Positions 1 to 5,952 of a stretch of 7,647 bases of DNA are shown one piece after another. The position numbers and the translations under genes are program-made. The notes below the pieces were generated by a model. It worked only from the letters and a program-made list of their open reading frames with translations. It was not told the origin of the DNA and searched no databases. The stretch's first letter is position 1. Each line of letters opens with the position of its first letter. Source of the stretch: a virus (Duplodnaviria; Heunggongvirae; Uroviricota; Caudoviricetes); the IMG/VR virus record IMGVR_UViG_2671180755_000005, one strand, 5' to 3'.

Positions 1-181
1 TTTTGCTTCTGGTATACGTCATCGCGGTGAACGTACCGTCCTGGTTGGGGAACACGCCACATACCAGAGATTCGTTGTTGCCAAGATTGAGCGTATCCAT
101 GTTGACCTCATTTCCCCTTAACGCCGGGGTAGCGGAACAAAAACCTGCTGCATAGTTATTAAAGTTGAACCCTGCCGTCAT
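1..181 (-). CDS. Partial hypothetical protein, first gene leftward of the immunity region (N-terminus only, runs off the left edge)
   Basis: Minus-strand ATG (reverse complement of cat at 179-181) preceded by GAGG about 9 nt upstream. The frame stays open to position 1 (about 60 codons, MTAGFNFNNYAAGFCSATPALRGNEVNMDTLNLGNNESLVCGVFPNQDGTFTAMTYTRSK). It sits where an N-like gene would be but has no Arg-rich motif. Not in the ORF track because it is incomplete. Confidence 0.3.
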   Translation of the reverse strand, partial: MTAGFNFNNYAAGFCSATPALRGNEVNMDTLNLGNNESLVCGVFPNQDGTFTAMTYTRSK

Positions 182-279
182 GTTCTTACGCCTCGGGCTG
201 GCTACTTAACCCCTGACCACTGCCTGGTAACTCGAAGTATTGCCCTGCATTCTGTGGGGCGGGGTGAGGGAATGAATGA

Positions 280-326
280 AGTTTAGAAAAACGAACATTT
301 AAGGTCAATGTTTTTTTATCAAAACA
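280..326 (-). promoter_or_regulatory. Candidate OL/PL: perfect 18-bp palindrome TGTTTT-tttatc-AAAACA (309-326) next to a leftward promoter-like -35 TTGACC (308-303) and -10 TAAACT (285-280)
   Basis: The same TGTTTT-N6-AAAACA palindrome recurs at 1031-1048 beside the repressor gene start. The -35 and -10 hexamers read on the minus strand with a 17-bp spacer. Confidence 0.45.
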
Positions 327-392
327 TTTTAAGCAGGCAGCTGTTACGCCATCACTACGATGGCATACAGTTAATCAAATAGATGAGGTTGG

Positions 393-1031
393 TTAAATAT
401 CTTGTTGAATTTTAAAGCATACTCCCAATATGCAAGATAGATCATCCAGCATAATTGAAGGGTAGCGAGGATTCGTGGGGACTAAAAGAATATCCGGCCC
501 TTCTATCTCCAGTTTGCGAATGACAGGCGTTGTGGTCCCTTTGGGTAAGGCAAGGACAATATTTCCTGGTTGTACGATTCGATCGGGATCAACAAAAACT
601 GTTGAACCATTTGGGATGGAAACTCCACCACCAGATGTCGACATACTGTCACTCTCTAGAACAACAGCAAAGGTATTGGCCGGGATTTCTCCGACAAGCT
701 GCACACAAGAGGTTATTGAGGAATTTTTCATATAATCACTCCAGCTTGCTGCCTGCTGAAGTGATAGTAGCGGAACCGTTTTTATCGGCGGTAAAGATAG
801 ATCAAGCGAATCACCTGTATTTAACTCTCCTCCATTAAGAAGCCAATTTTCGTTTACTTTCAATATCTTTGCCAGTGAACTTATGTAACGCGAGGACGGC
901 GCTCCTCCACCGTTCATCCATTGACTTACGGAGCCTTTTGATGCGCCAGTGGCATTGACAAGGTCTTTGCCTTTCAAGTTTAGCGCATGCATACGTTGGG
1001 TTATGCGTTCAGATATTGTTTGCTTGTTCAT
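393..1031 (-). CDS. cI: cI-like prophage repressor (N-terminal HTH, C-terminal S24 LexA-type autopeptidase domain)
   Basis: Complete 212-aa ORF. N-terminal HTH-like segment (LKGKDLVNATGASKGSVSQW), C-terminal S24 features including a Ser motif (ESDSMS) and a downstream Lys (VIRKLE). Divergent from the cro-like gene across an operator-bearing intergenic region. The ATG has no SD and abuts the operator, consistent with a leaderless PRM-type transcript. Confidence 0.9.
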   Translation of the reverse strand: MNKQTISERITQRMHALNLKGKDLVNATGASKGSVSQWMNGGGAPSSRYISSLAKILKVNENWLLNGGELNTGDSLDLSLPPIKTVPLLSLQQAASWSDYMKNSSITSCVQLVGEIPANTFAVVLESDSMSTSGGGVSIPNGSTVFVDPDRIVQPGNIVLALPKGTTTPVIRKLEIEGPDILLVPTNPRYPSIMLDDLSCILGVCFKIQQDI

Positions 1032-1110
1032 GTTTTGATTTTAAAACACAGATGGTTTTGTTTCTTGACTTTCTTTGGTTTTGATTATTAAACTTTTGGC
1101 GTTCAGTTTT
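1031..1110. promoter_or_regulatory. OR-like divergent control region: palindromic operator TGTTTT-gatttt-AAAACA (1031-1048), GGTTTTG half-site-like repeats (1054-1060, 1078-1084), candidate PR -35 TTGACT (1065-1070) with -10 TATTAA (1086-1091), candidate PRM -10 TAAAAT (minus strand, 1043-1038)
   Basis: 80-bp AT-rich spacer between divergent repressor and cro-like genes. The palindrome matches the one at 309-326. Promoter hexamers were read by eye; the PR spacer of 15 bp is suboptimal, so exact hexamers are uncertain. Confidence 0.5.
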
Positions 1111-1122
1111 ATGGAGCGACTC

Positions 1123-1365
1123 ATGAAAAAATCAGAAGTATTAGGCTATTTTGGCGGAGTTGTTAAAACAGCCGCCGCTCTAGGAACGTCAAAAACCACA
1201 GTCAGCATGTGGGGGGAAGACGTTCCGTGGAAATGGGCGTTGCTAATTCAGGCAGTCACTGCCGGGGCGCTCAAATATGAGTTACACATACCGACGGTTG
1301 TCATTCCCGATTCTGATCATAATCCGCCTTCTAACCAAGGGGGGATTCATGAAAATCAAGCATGA
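1123..1365 (+). CDS. cro: Cro-like HTH regulator (YdaS-like)
   Basis: ATG at 1123 with GGAG 6 nt upstream, 80 aa (MKKSEVLGYFGGVVKTAAALGTSKTTVSMWGEDV...). First rightward gene after the operator region. The upstream ATGs at 1075 and 1111 in the ORF track lack an SD and fall inside the promoter and operator. Confidence 0.8.
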   Translation: MKKSEVLGYFGGVVKTAAALGTSKTTVSMWGEDVPWKWALLIQAVTAGALKYELHIPTVVIPDSDHNPPSNQGGIHENQA

Positions 1366-1774
1366 ACACATCCGCATGGCGATGAATGCCTGGGCGCGTC
1401 CTGATGGCGAAAAAGTTCCGGCAGCTGGAATAACCCAGGCTTATTTTGAGTTGGGTATGACGTTTCCTGAACTGTACGACGACAGCCATCCGGAAGCCCT
1501 GGCTCGCAATACCCAGAAAATTTTCCGCTGGATAGAGAAAGACACCCCTGATGCAGTTGAAAAAATGCAGGCTCTGTTACCGGCGATCGAAAAGGCAATG
1601 CCGCCTCTGCTGGTGGCCCGTATGCGCAGTCACAGCTCTGAATATTACCGTGAGATCGTCGAACGGAGGGATCGGCTGGTGAAAGATGTGGATGATTTTG
1701 TCGCAGCGGCGATCGCCTGGGGCACCCTGACTAACAGTGGGGGTCAGCCTGGTAATGCTGTTGTCGTGCATTGA
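1349..1774 (+). CDS. YdaT-family protein (DUF1019), putative CII-like early regulator
   Basis: ATG at 1349 preceded by CCAAGGGGGG, 141 aa, overlapping the cro-like 3' end by 17 nt. Position and size match the ydaS-ydaT pair of Rac-type prophages (recalled, not searched). Confidence 0.75.
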   Translation: MKIKHEHIRMAMNAWARPDGEKVPAAGITQAYFELGMTFPELYDDSHPEALARNTQKIFRWIEKDTPDAVEKMQALLPAIEKAMPPLLVARMRSHSSEYYREIVERRDRLVKDVDDFVAAAIAWGTLTNSGGQPGNAVVVH

Positions 1775-1842
1775 CCAACAATATTCATGCCGGATTTCTT
1801 CCGGATGTTCGAGGGTAAAGTTCGGTATCAGAAGAGGTGAGT

Positions 1843-2886
1843 ATGGCTAATGCCTGGCTCAGATTGTGGCATGACATGCCAAATGACCCCAAGTGGCGAA
1901 CGATTGCCAGGGTATCAGGACAGCCAATCGCAACAGTGATGGCAGTGTATATCCATCTTCTGGTGAGCGCGTCACGAAATGTCACGACATGTCACGGCGT
2001 GTCACTACGTGGTCACATTGATGTCACGACGGAAGATTTAGCAAGTGCGCTTGATGTGACGGAAGACGTAATTGATTCAATTTTGCATGCAATGCAGGGG
2101 CGGGTTCTGGATGGTGACCTTATTTCCGGATGGGAAAAACGTCAGGTGCTGAAAGAGGACAATGGTAACGTTTCGCAAACGGCAAAATCCCCGGCAGAGC
2201 GCAAGAGAGCGCAGCGGGAGCGGGAAAAGCTGCGGAAACATAATGCTGATTGTCACGATGAGTCACGACGTGTCACGCATCTGTCACGACAAGTCACGAC
2301 AGATAAAGATACAGATAAAGATACAGATACAGAATTAAACCCCACACATAACGCGCGCGAGAGTATTCCGACCAGTGAGTCGAATGGTGCGCCGTTGCAG
2401 ACAGCCGAACCTGAATACCTGGACGGCCTGAGCGAACCGATCGGGAAATTTTCGATGACTACTGTCTGGCAGCCGTCGCCGGATTTTCGACAACGGGCAG
2501 CAGTGTGGGGTATGGCTCTGCCTGAGCCGGAATTTACACCTGCTGAGCTTGCCGCATTCCGGGATTACTGGATGGCGGAGGGGAAGGTTTTCACGCAGGT
2601 TCAGTGGGAGCAGAAATTTGCCCGCCACGTGCAGCACGTCAGGGCACAGGTAAAACCAGTCAGCAAGGGGGGAAGCCATGCAGCATCAGGTGGCACGGCA
2701 TCACGGGCAGTTCAGGAAATCCGGGCTGCACGCGAACAGTGGGAACGTGACAACGGATTTATCAGCAACGGAAACGGCCTGGAAGCTGTGGGTGCTCATG
2801 GGGGAGGTGTATTCGAACCGCTGGACTCAGAAGAACGGGGCCGCACCTTCGAAGCTCTGGATTGCCCAGATTGGTGCGATGACTGA
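1843..2886 (+). CDS. Replication initiator / replisome organiser (lambda O-like role) with internal iterons and a DnaT-like C-terminal domain
   Basis: ATG at 1843 with GAGG 5 nt upstream. The N-terminal domain is encoded across the iteron array. The C-terminal segment IGKFSMTTVWQPSPDFRQRAAVWGMALPEPEFTPAELAAFRDYWMAEGKVFTQVQWEQKFARHV closely resembles the C-terminal domain of E. coli DnaT as I recall it. Confidence 0.85.
   Translation: MANAWLRLWHDMPNDPKWRTIARVSGQPIATVMAVYIHLLVSASRNVTTCHGVSLRGHIDVTTEDLASALDVTEDVIDSILHAMQGRVLDGDLISGWEKRQVLKEDNGNVSQTAKSPAERKRAQREREKLRKHNADCHDESRRVTHLSRQVTTDKDTDKDTDTELNPTHNARESIPTSESNGAPLQTAEPEYLDGLSEPIGKFSMTTVWQPSPDFRQRAAVWGMALPEPEFTPAELAAFRDYWMAEGKVFTQVQWEQKFARHVQHVRAQVKPVSKGGSHAASGGTASRAVQEIRAAREQWERDNGFISNGNGLEAVGAHGGGVFEPLDSEERGRTFEALDCPDWCDD
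1968..2030 (+). repeat. Iteron array 1: six copies of the GTCAC(G) core phased at 10-11 bp
   Basis: GTCACG at 1971, 1981, 1991 and 2023; GTCACT at 2001; GTCACA at 2012. One helical turn apart, inside the O-like gene. Confidence 0.7.
2251..2337 (+). repeat. Iteron array 2 (five GTCACG copies, 2252-2298) followed by an AT-rich tandem repeat (GATAAAGATACA twice plus GATACAG, 2302-2332): candidate replication origin
   Basis: GTCACG at 2252, 2262, 2272, 2283 and 2293 with about 10-bp phasing, then an AT-rich repeat encoding DKDTDKDTDT. This mirrors the lambda ori layout of iterons plus an AT-rich region inside gene O. Confidence 0.7.
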
Positions 2887-3340
2887 ACAGCAAATCCGTC
2901 TGGTGTGCCGTCAGTGCATGGACCGCTGCCGGGCGGGTGAAACGTGGCCCCCGGACCTGGCTGAGTTTGTTGCGCTGATTTCGGAGAGTGGGGCAAATCC
3001 ATTTGGTCTTACGGTGGATGCCGTGATGGAAGAGTACCGGCGCTGGCGCAATGAATCCTGGCGATACGACGGGAGTGATAAATACCCGTGGCCACAGCCT
3101 GTGCTGTACCACATCTGCCTCGAAATGCGTACCAGAGGGATTGAGCGCCAGATGACGCAAGGTGAGTTAAAACGACTTGCGGAACGGCAACTGACGAAAT
3201 GGGCAAAGCATGTTGGTAACGGGATGAGTGTTCCGCCAGTGCGACGACAACTGGAAGGGGCGAAACACCCGCAAGGGCCAACGCCAATTGAACGGCTGAA
3301 ACAGGAATACGAACGCCGGAAGGCAGCTGGTTTTATTTGA
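2678..3340 (+). CDS. Lambda P-like replication protein (helicase loader)
   Basis: 220-aa ORF. Recalled similarity to lambda P: ETWPPDLAEFVALI versus RPFLPSPGQFVAWC, KYPWPQPVLYHICLEMRTRGIERQMTQGELKRLAERQL versus SYPWKSNAHYWLVTNLYQNMRANALTDAELRRKAADEL. ATG at 2678 has the same CAAGGGGGG SD-like motif as the ydaT-like gene. Alternative in-frame starts at 2798 and 2879 have weaker SDs. Confidence 0.75.
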   Translation: MQHQVARHHGQFRKSGLHANSGNVTTDLSATETAWKLWVLMGEVYSNRWTQKNGAAPSKLWIAQIGAMTEQQIRLVCRQCMDRCRAGETWPPDLAEFVALISESGANPFGLTVDAVMEEYRRWRNESWRYDGSDKYPWPQPVLYHICLEMRTRGIERQMTQGELKRLAERQLTKWAKHVGNGMSVPPVRRQLEGAKHPQGPTPIERLKQEYERRKAAGFI

Positions 3341-3373
3341 ATCTGAGAAACGATTTTGTCGGAGGAAATATTA

Positions 3374-4090
3374 ATGGAAACCGTATTTGACGCACTGAAA
3401 GCACTGAAAAAAGCCTCTTCACAGGTAGTGGCATCGCGCCTTGGAATCAGCCGCGAAGATGCTGTCAACGAACTGTGGAAACTGAAGCGCCGTGGTGAAG
3501 CGGATAACAAGGGGTCGATGTGGTGGCTGACTCAGACTGGTGAAAGTGAACCAGTGTCACCGGTACCGAAAGTGACAGCGCAAATGCTGACTGAGGCGAT
3601 TGAACATCATGGCCCACAAACGGCGGATGAGCTGGCACTGATGTTCGGGATTACCTCCCGCCGGGCGAATTCATCACTGGCCATGGCAATCAGCAAAGGG
3701 CGTCTGATTCGCGTGAATCAGGGCGGTAAATTTCGGTACTGCATACCGGGCGCTGATTTACCGGCAGAGCCGAAAGCCGCATCCATAACGGAAACGGATG
3801 GTAAAGCCTTTCCTCAGCCAGCAGGTGTTGCGTTACCAGTCGGGGAAGCGGAAACACAGGAAGAAATAAAAACTGAAAGTGTGGCGGTCACAGTGCAGTC
3901 ACAGCCGTCGTTCACCAGAAAGCATCCGGATGGTCTGATTTTACCATCGCTGCATGTGGCTAACCGCGAGCTGCGCCGGGCAAAAGGTCAGGTTCAGAAG
4001 TGGGAGCGAGTCTGCGCCGCGCTGCGGGAGCTGAACAAGTGCCGGGATATTCTCCGGGATATTACCGCCACCAGAGAACAGCAGCGGTGA
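3374..4090 (+). CDS. Hypothetical protein with two N-terminal winged-helix-like repeats and a basic, coiled-coil-like C-terminus
   Basis: ATG at 3374 with GGAGG 8 nt upstream; the ORF-track start at 3356 is a TTG with no SD. 238 aa. The two repeat segments begin around residues 1 and 70. Occupies the position that ren holds in lambda. Confidence 0.8.
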   Translation: METVFDALKALKKASSQVVASRLGISREDAVNELWKLKRRGEADNKGSMWWLTQTGESEPVSPVPKVTAQMLTEAIEHHGPQTADELALMFGITSRRANSSLAMAISKGRLIRVNQGGKFRYCIPGADLPAEPKAASITETDGKAFPQPAGVALPVGEAETQEEIKTESVAVTVQSQPSFTRKHPDGLILPSLHVANRELRRAKGQVQKWERVCAALRELNKCRDILRDITATREQQR

Positions 4091-4122
4091 GTGGGTGGAA
4101 GACGTGGTGCCGGGCGGAAATC

Positions 4123-4404
4123 ATGATACTCCGGCAGTGTGCGGGAACGATGAAGGTAAAAAGCGTTGGCGCACTTATCGGACGAACTGAAGCGGCAGTG
4201 AGAACGAAGGCACGGGAGCTGGGCATCAGCATGATGTTACGTGGTGATTTTCACCCGTCGGCAAAATATTCTCAGCGTGATATTGAGCTGGCGCGGCAAC
4301 TGCATCAGAGAGGCATGCAAAGAAGGGAAATTGCCAGAAAATTAGGCATGCCGCTGCGCATAGTGAATAACTACGTTTATTTCGACAGGAGGGTGTCTGC
4401 GTGA
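4123..4404 (+). CDS. Small hypothetical protein with two HTH-like segments
   Basis: Open frame 4000-4404. ATG at 4123 chosen as start. An alternative GTG at 4087 overlaps the upstream stop as GTGA, suggesting coupling. Neither has a clear SD, so the start is uncertain. HTH-like segments: GALIGRTEAAVRTKARELGIS and MQRREIARKLGMPLRIV. Confidence 0.6.
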   Translation: MILRQCAGTMKVKSVGALIGRTEAAVRTKARELGISMMLRGDFHPSAKYSQRDIELARQLHQRGMQRREIARKLGMPLRIVNNYVYFDRRVSA

Positions 4405-4628
4405 AAATCCTGTATCAGGATTACGGCCCGGTGGGGCAGGTGGTTATCAGCAGTACTGTAATGGAGTTTCGGAAGCATAACCGTGTGGTGGATGCTGTGC
4501 TGTTAACCTGTCCGGGGATATCGGCGAGTCGTGCAGGTGTGTTTATTATGAAGACGAAATTATATGGCAGTAAGGCGTGGATAAAGAAGGCGTATCGTGT
4601 AGCGTTGCAGGAGGTTAACAGTGAGTGA
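4401..4628 (+). CDS. Small hypothetical protein (75 aa)
   Basis: GTG at 4401 with AGGAGG 8 nt upstream. Start overlaps the upstream stop as GTGA (4401-4404). Confidence 0.65.
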   Translation: MKILYQDYGPVGQVVISSTVMEFRKHNRVVDAVLLTCPGISASRAGVFIMKTKLYGSKAWIKKAYRVALQEVNSE

Positions 4629-4932
4629 AATTAAAGAAATGCCGGTAGTTCGTGACGGATATGGCTACTGGACACATCCTGAATATGAAAAATTCTGTGA
4701 TGGTCGGGAATATATTTCAACGGAAGAGTTTAACGCCTGGATGGAGGAAAATAATCTTCAATACGTCCTCTGCTTCAGAGATGAAGGATGTGCTGACCTT
4801 GATGCGTGTGATGCTGATATTTCTGCATGGGAACCGGAACGACCAGAGGGCGATGGCTGGTTTATTGGTTCCATTCATGATACGGAAGATGGCCCGGTTT
4901 GTGTCTGGTTGCGAAATAAGGCTGAAGCATAA
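4621..4932 (+). CDS. Acidic, Cys-containing hypothetical protein (103 aa)
   Basis: GTG at 4621 with AGGAGG 7 nt upstream, overlapping the upstream gene by 8 nt. About 25 Asp/Glu against about 8 Lys/Arg, plus five Cys. Confidence 0.7.
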   Translation: MSEIKEMPVVRDGYGYWTHPEYEKFCDGREYISTEEFNAWMEENNLQYVLCFRDEGCADLDACDADISAWEPERPEGDGWFIGSIHDTEDGPVCVWLRNKAEA

Positions 4933-5036
4933 AGGCGATAAACCAACTAACAACTAAATACTGAAGATTTAAATCAGAAACGATTTTTATTAAATCCTTA
5001 ACCGGAGGGATTCCTGCACCCTCAGAACATCAGGAG

Positions 5037-5054
5037 GCCGCCCGAAAGGGCGGT
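5037..5054 (+). other. GNRA-tetraloop hairpin (CCGCCC-GAAA-GGGCGG) between an AGGAGG motif (5032-5037) and the ATG at 5060
   Basis: 6-7 bp GC stem with GAAA loop. No U-tract follows on either strand, so not a canonical intrinsic terminator. Confidence 0.4.
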
Positions 5055-5059
5055 AAGAA

Positions 5060-5278
5060 ATGAAACATTATTTAGAAAAAAATTACCCACGAAAGAGCAG
5101 AACAACAGAGTTTCTGTTTTTCATTCTGTTTATAGTGTTGATGATACCGATATCCCCGCTATTACTGGTCTGGATAATTGGAAGGACATTTGAACCAGTT
5201 ATTGAGCTATATACCGATGTGACATGGGAATCATTCAGCGCACTGCACAATAAAATTAATCCGTATAAGGAAAACTGA
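5060..5278 (+). CDS. Small membrane protein (72 aa, one predicted TM helix), AT-rich accessory gene
   Basis: Complete ORF with hydrophobic segment FLFFILFIVLMIPISPLLLVWIIG. Its AT content is clearly higher than the flanking genes. Stop TGA at 5276-5278 sits next to the ATG of the following gene. Confidence 0.55.
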   Translation: MKHYLEKNYPRKSRTTEFLFFILFIVLMIPISPLLLVWIIGRTFEPVIELYTDVTWESFSALHNKINPYKEN

Positions 5279-5279
5279 T

Positions 5280-5837
5280 ATGAGCACTATTACCAGAGAA
5301 CGCGCGGAGATTAAATCATACATCACAGGCTTCCTGAGCGACTCGGCGCACGATAACAAGTCTTCAGACAGCCTGCTGGCTAATGTGTTTCGTATCGCGC
5401 TGGCATCACTGGAAGCAGAGCCGATAGCAATGGTAGTGCCTGATGAAATGGATTTGCTTACCTGCCATCTCGACGGTGTAACTAAAACATATGCTGATGG
5501 CTGGAACGCCTGCCGCGTCGCCATGCTTCAGGCCGGAAACTTTCGGGAAAATAAGAATTCGTCAACCAACAATTTTCGGGAAATCTCGGAAACGTCAACC
5601 AGATCTCCGATAACTCTGGATGGCTGGATAAGCTGTACTGAGCGAATGCCTGAAAAGAGCCAGAACGTGCTTATTTCGATGAATATCGATAGCGAGGCTG
5701 GGCCATTAATATATTCCGCACGCTATCTCGGAGGCACGTTCCGGCGCGGAGGTATAGCAGTTAGTCCGGGTAATGATCTTAGGCAAGCAACCCACTGGAT
5801 GTCGCTACCAGAACCGCCGCAGGAGGTGAATCAATGA
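5280..5837 (+). CDS. DUF551-like phage protein
   Basis: 185-aa ORF with AAGGAAAA upstream of ATG 5280. C-terminal DGWISCTERMPE ... THWMSLPEPPQ matches the DUF551 signature as I recall it. Confidence 0.75.
   Translation: MSTITRERAEIKSYITGFLSDSAHDNKSSDSLLANVFRIALASLEAEPIAMVVPDEMDLLTCHLDGVTKTYADGWNACRVAMLQAGNFRENKNSSTNNFREISETSTRSPITLDGWISCTERMPEKSQNVLISMNIDSEAGPLIYSARYLGGTFRRGGIAVSPGNDLRQATHWMSLPEPPQEVNQ
5538..5600 (+). repeat. Imperfect 31-bp tandem direct repeat inside the DUF551-like gene
   Basis: AACTTTCGGGAAAATAAGAATTCGTCAACCA (5538-5568) versus AATTTTCGGGAAATCTCGGAAACGTCAACCA (5570-5600), 23 of 31 identical, encoding NFRENKNSSTN / NFREISETSTR. Confidence 0.6.
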
Positions 5838-5917
5838 CCTGGCCTGAAGCATTCACAACGGTAGGAATTGCGATGGCGGTGGCGCTGGTGGTGTATTCGA
5901 TTTGCCGCTGGGGATAA
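5834..5917 (+). CDS. Candidate 27-aa hydrophobic small protein (MTWPEAFTTVGIAMAVALVVYSICRWG)
   Basis: ATG at 5834 with AGGAGGTG 7 nt upstream, forming an ATGA overlap with the DUF551-like stop. Single TM-like segment. Below the ORF-track size cutoff. Confidence 0.35.
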   Translation: MTWPEAFTTVGIAMAVALVVYSICRWG

Positions 5918-5924
5918 AAACGGT

Positions 5925-5952
5925 TTGCGGGAAAAGGATAGTTAAGTAGAAT
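5925..5952 (+). promoter_or_regulatory. Candidate promoter of the hok-like mRNA (-35 TTGCGG 5925-5930, -10 TAGAAT 5947-5952)
   Basis: -10 is a 5/6 match to TATAAT with a 16-bp spacer. The predicted start around 5958-5960 coincides with the 5' element GCGGGTGCTTGAGG. Confidence 0.4.

Noticed and set aside
350-366. Hairpin GCCATC-actac-GATGGC just downstream of the repressor gene stop, as a possible terminator
   Set aside because: No U-rich tract follows on the minus strand, so termination function is unsupported.
475-838. Plus-strand ORFs 475-735 and 530-838 inside the repressor gene region
   Set aside because: Antisense to a high-confidence repressor CDS, with no SD.
1075-1122. Longer N-terminal extension of the cro-like ORF starting at 1075 or 1111
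   Set aside because: The extension would be translated from within the operator and promoter region and lacks an SD, whereas ATG 1123 has GGAG at proper spacing.
1968-2300. Regularly spaced short repeats that could look like a CRISPR array
   Set aside because: Period is about 10 bp with no spacers of CRISPR length, the repeats are in frame within a replication gene, and an AT-rich region follows; they are origin iterons.
2911-3510. 199-aa minus-strand ORF, plus other minus-strand ORFs at 2335-2679, 2762-3160, 2796-3002 and 3009-3287
   Set aside because: All lie antisense to the well-supported O-like and P-like genes, have Ser/Arg/Pro/Cys-rich low-complexity translations typical of shadow frames, and lack SD motifs.
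4652-4957. 101-aa plus-strand ORF and 78-aa minus-strand ORF (4717-4953) overlapping the acidic-protein gene
   Set aside because: Alternative-frame ORFs inside a gene with a strong SD and coupling to its upstream neighbour; no independent start signals.
5037-5054. GC hairpin as an intrinsic terminator
   Set aside because: No U-tract follows on either strand; kept only as a possible structural element between an SD and a start codon.
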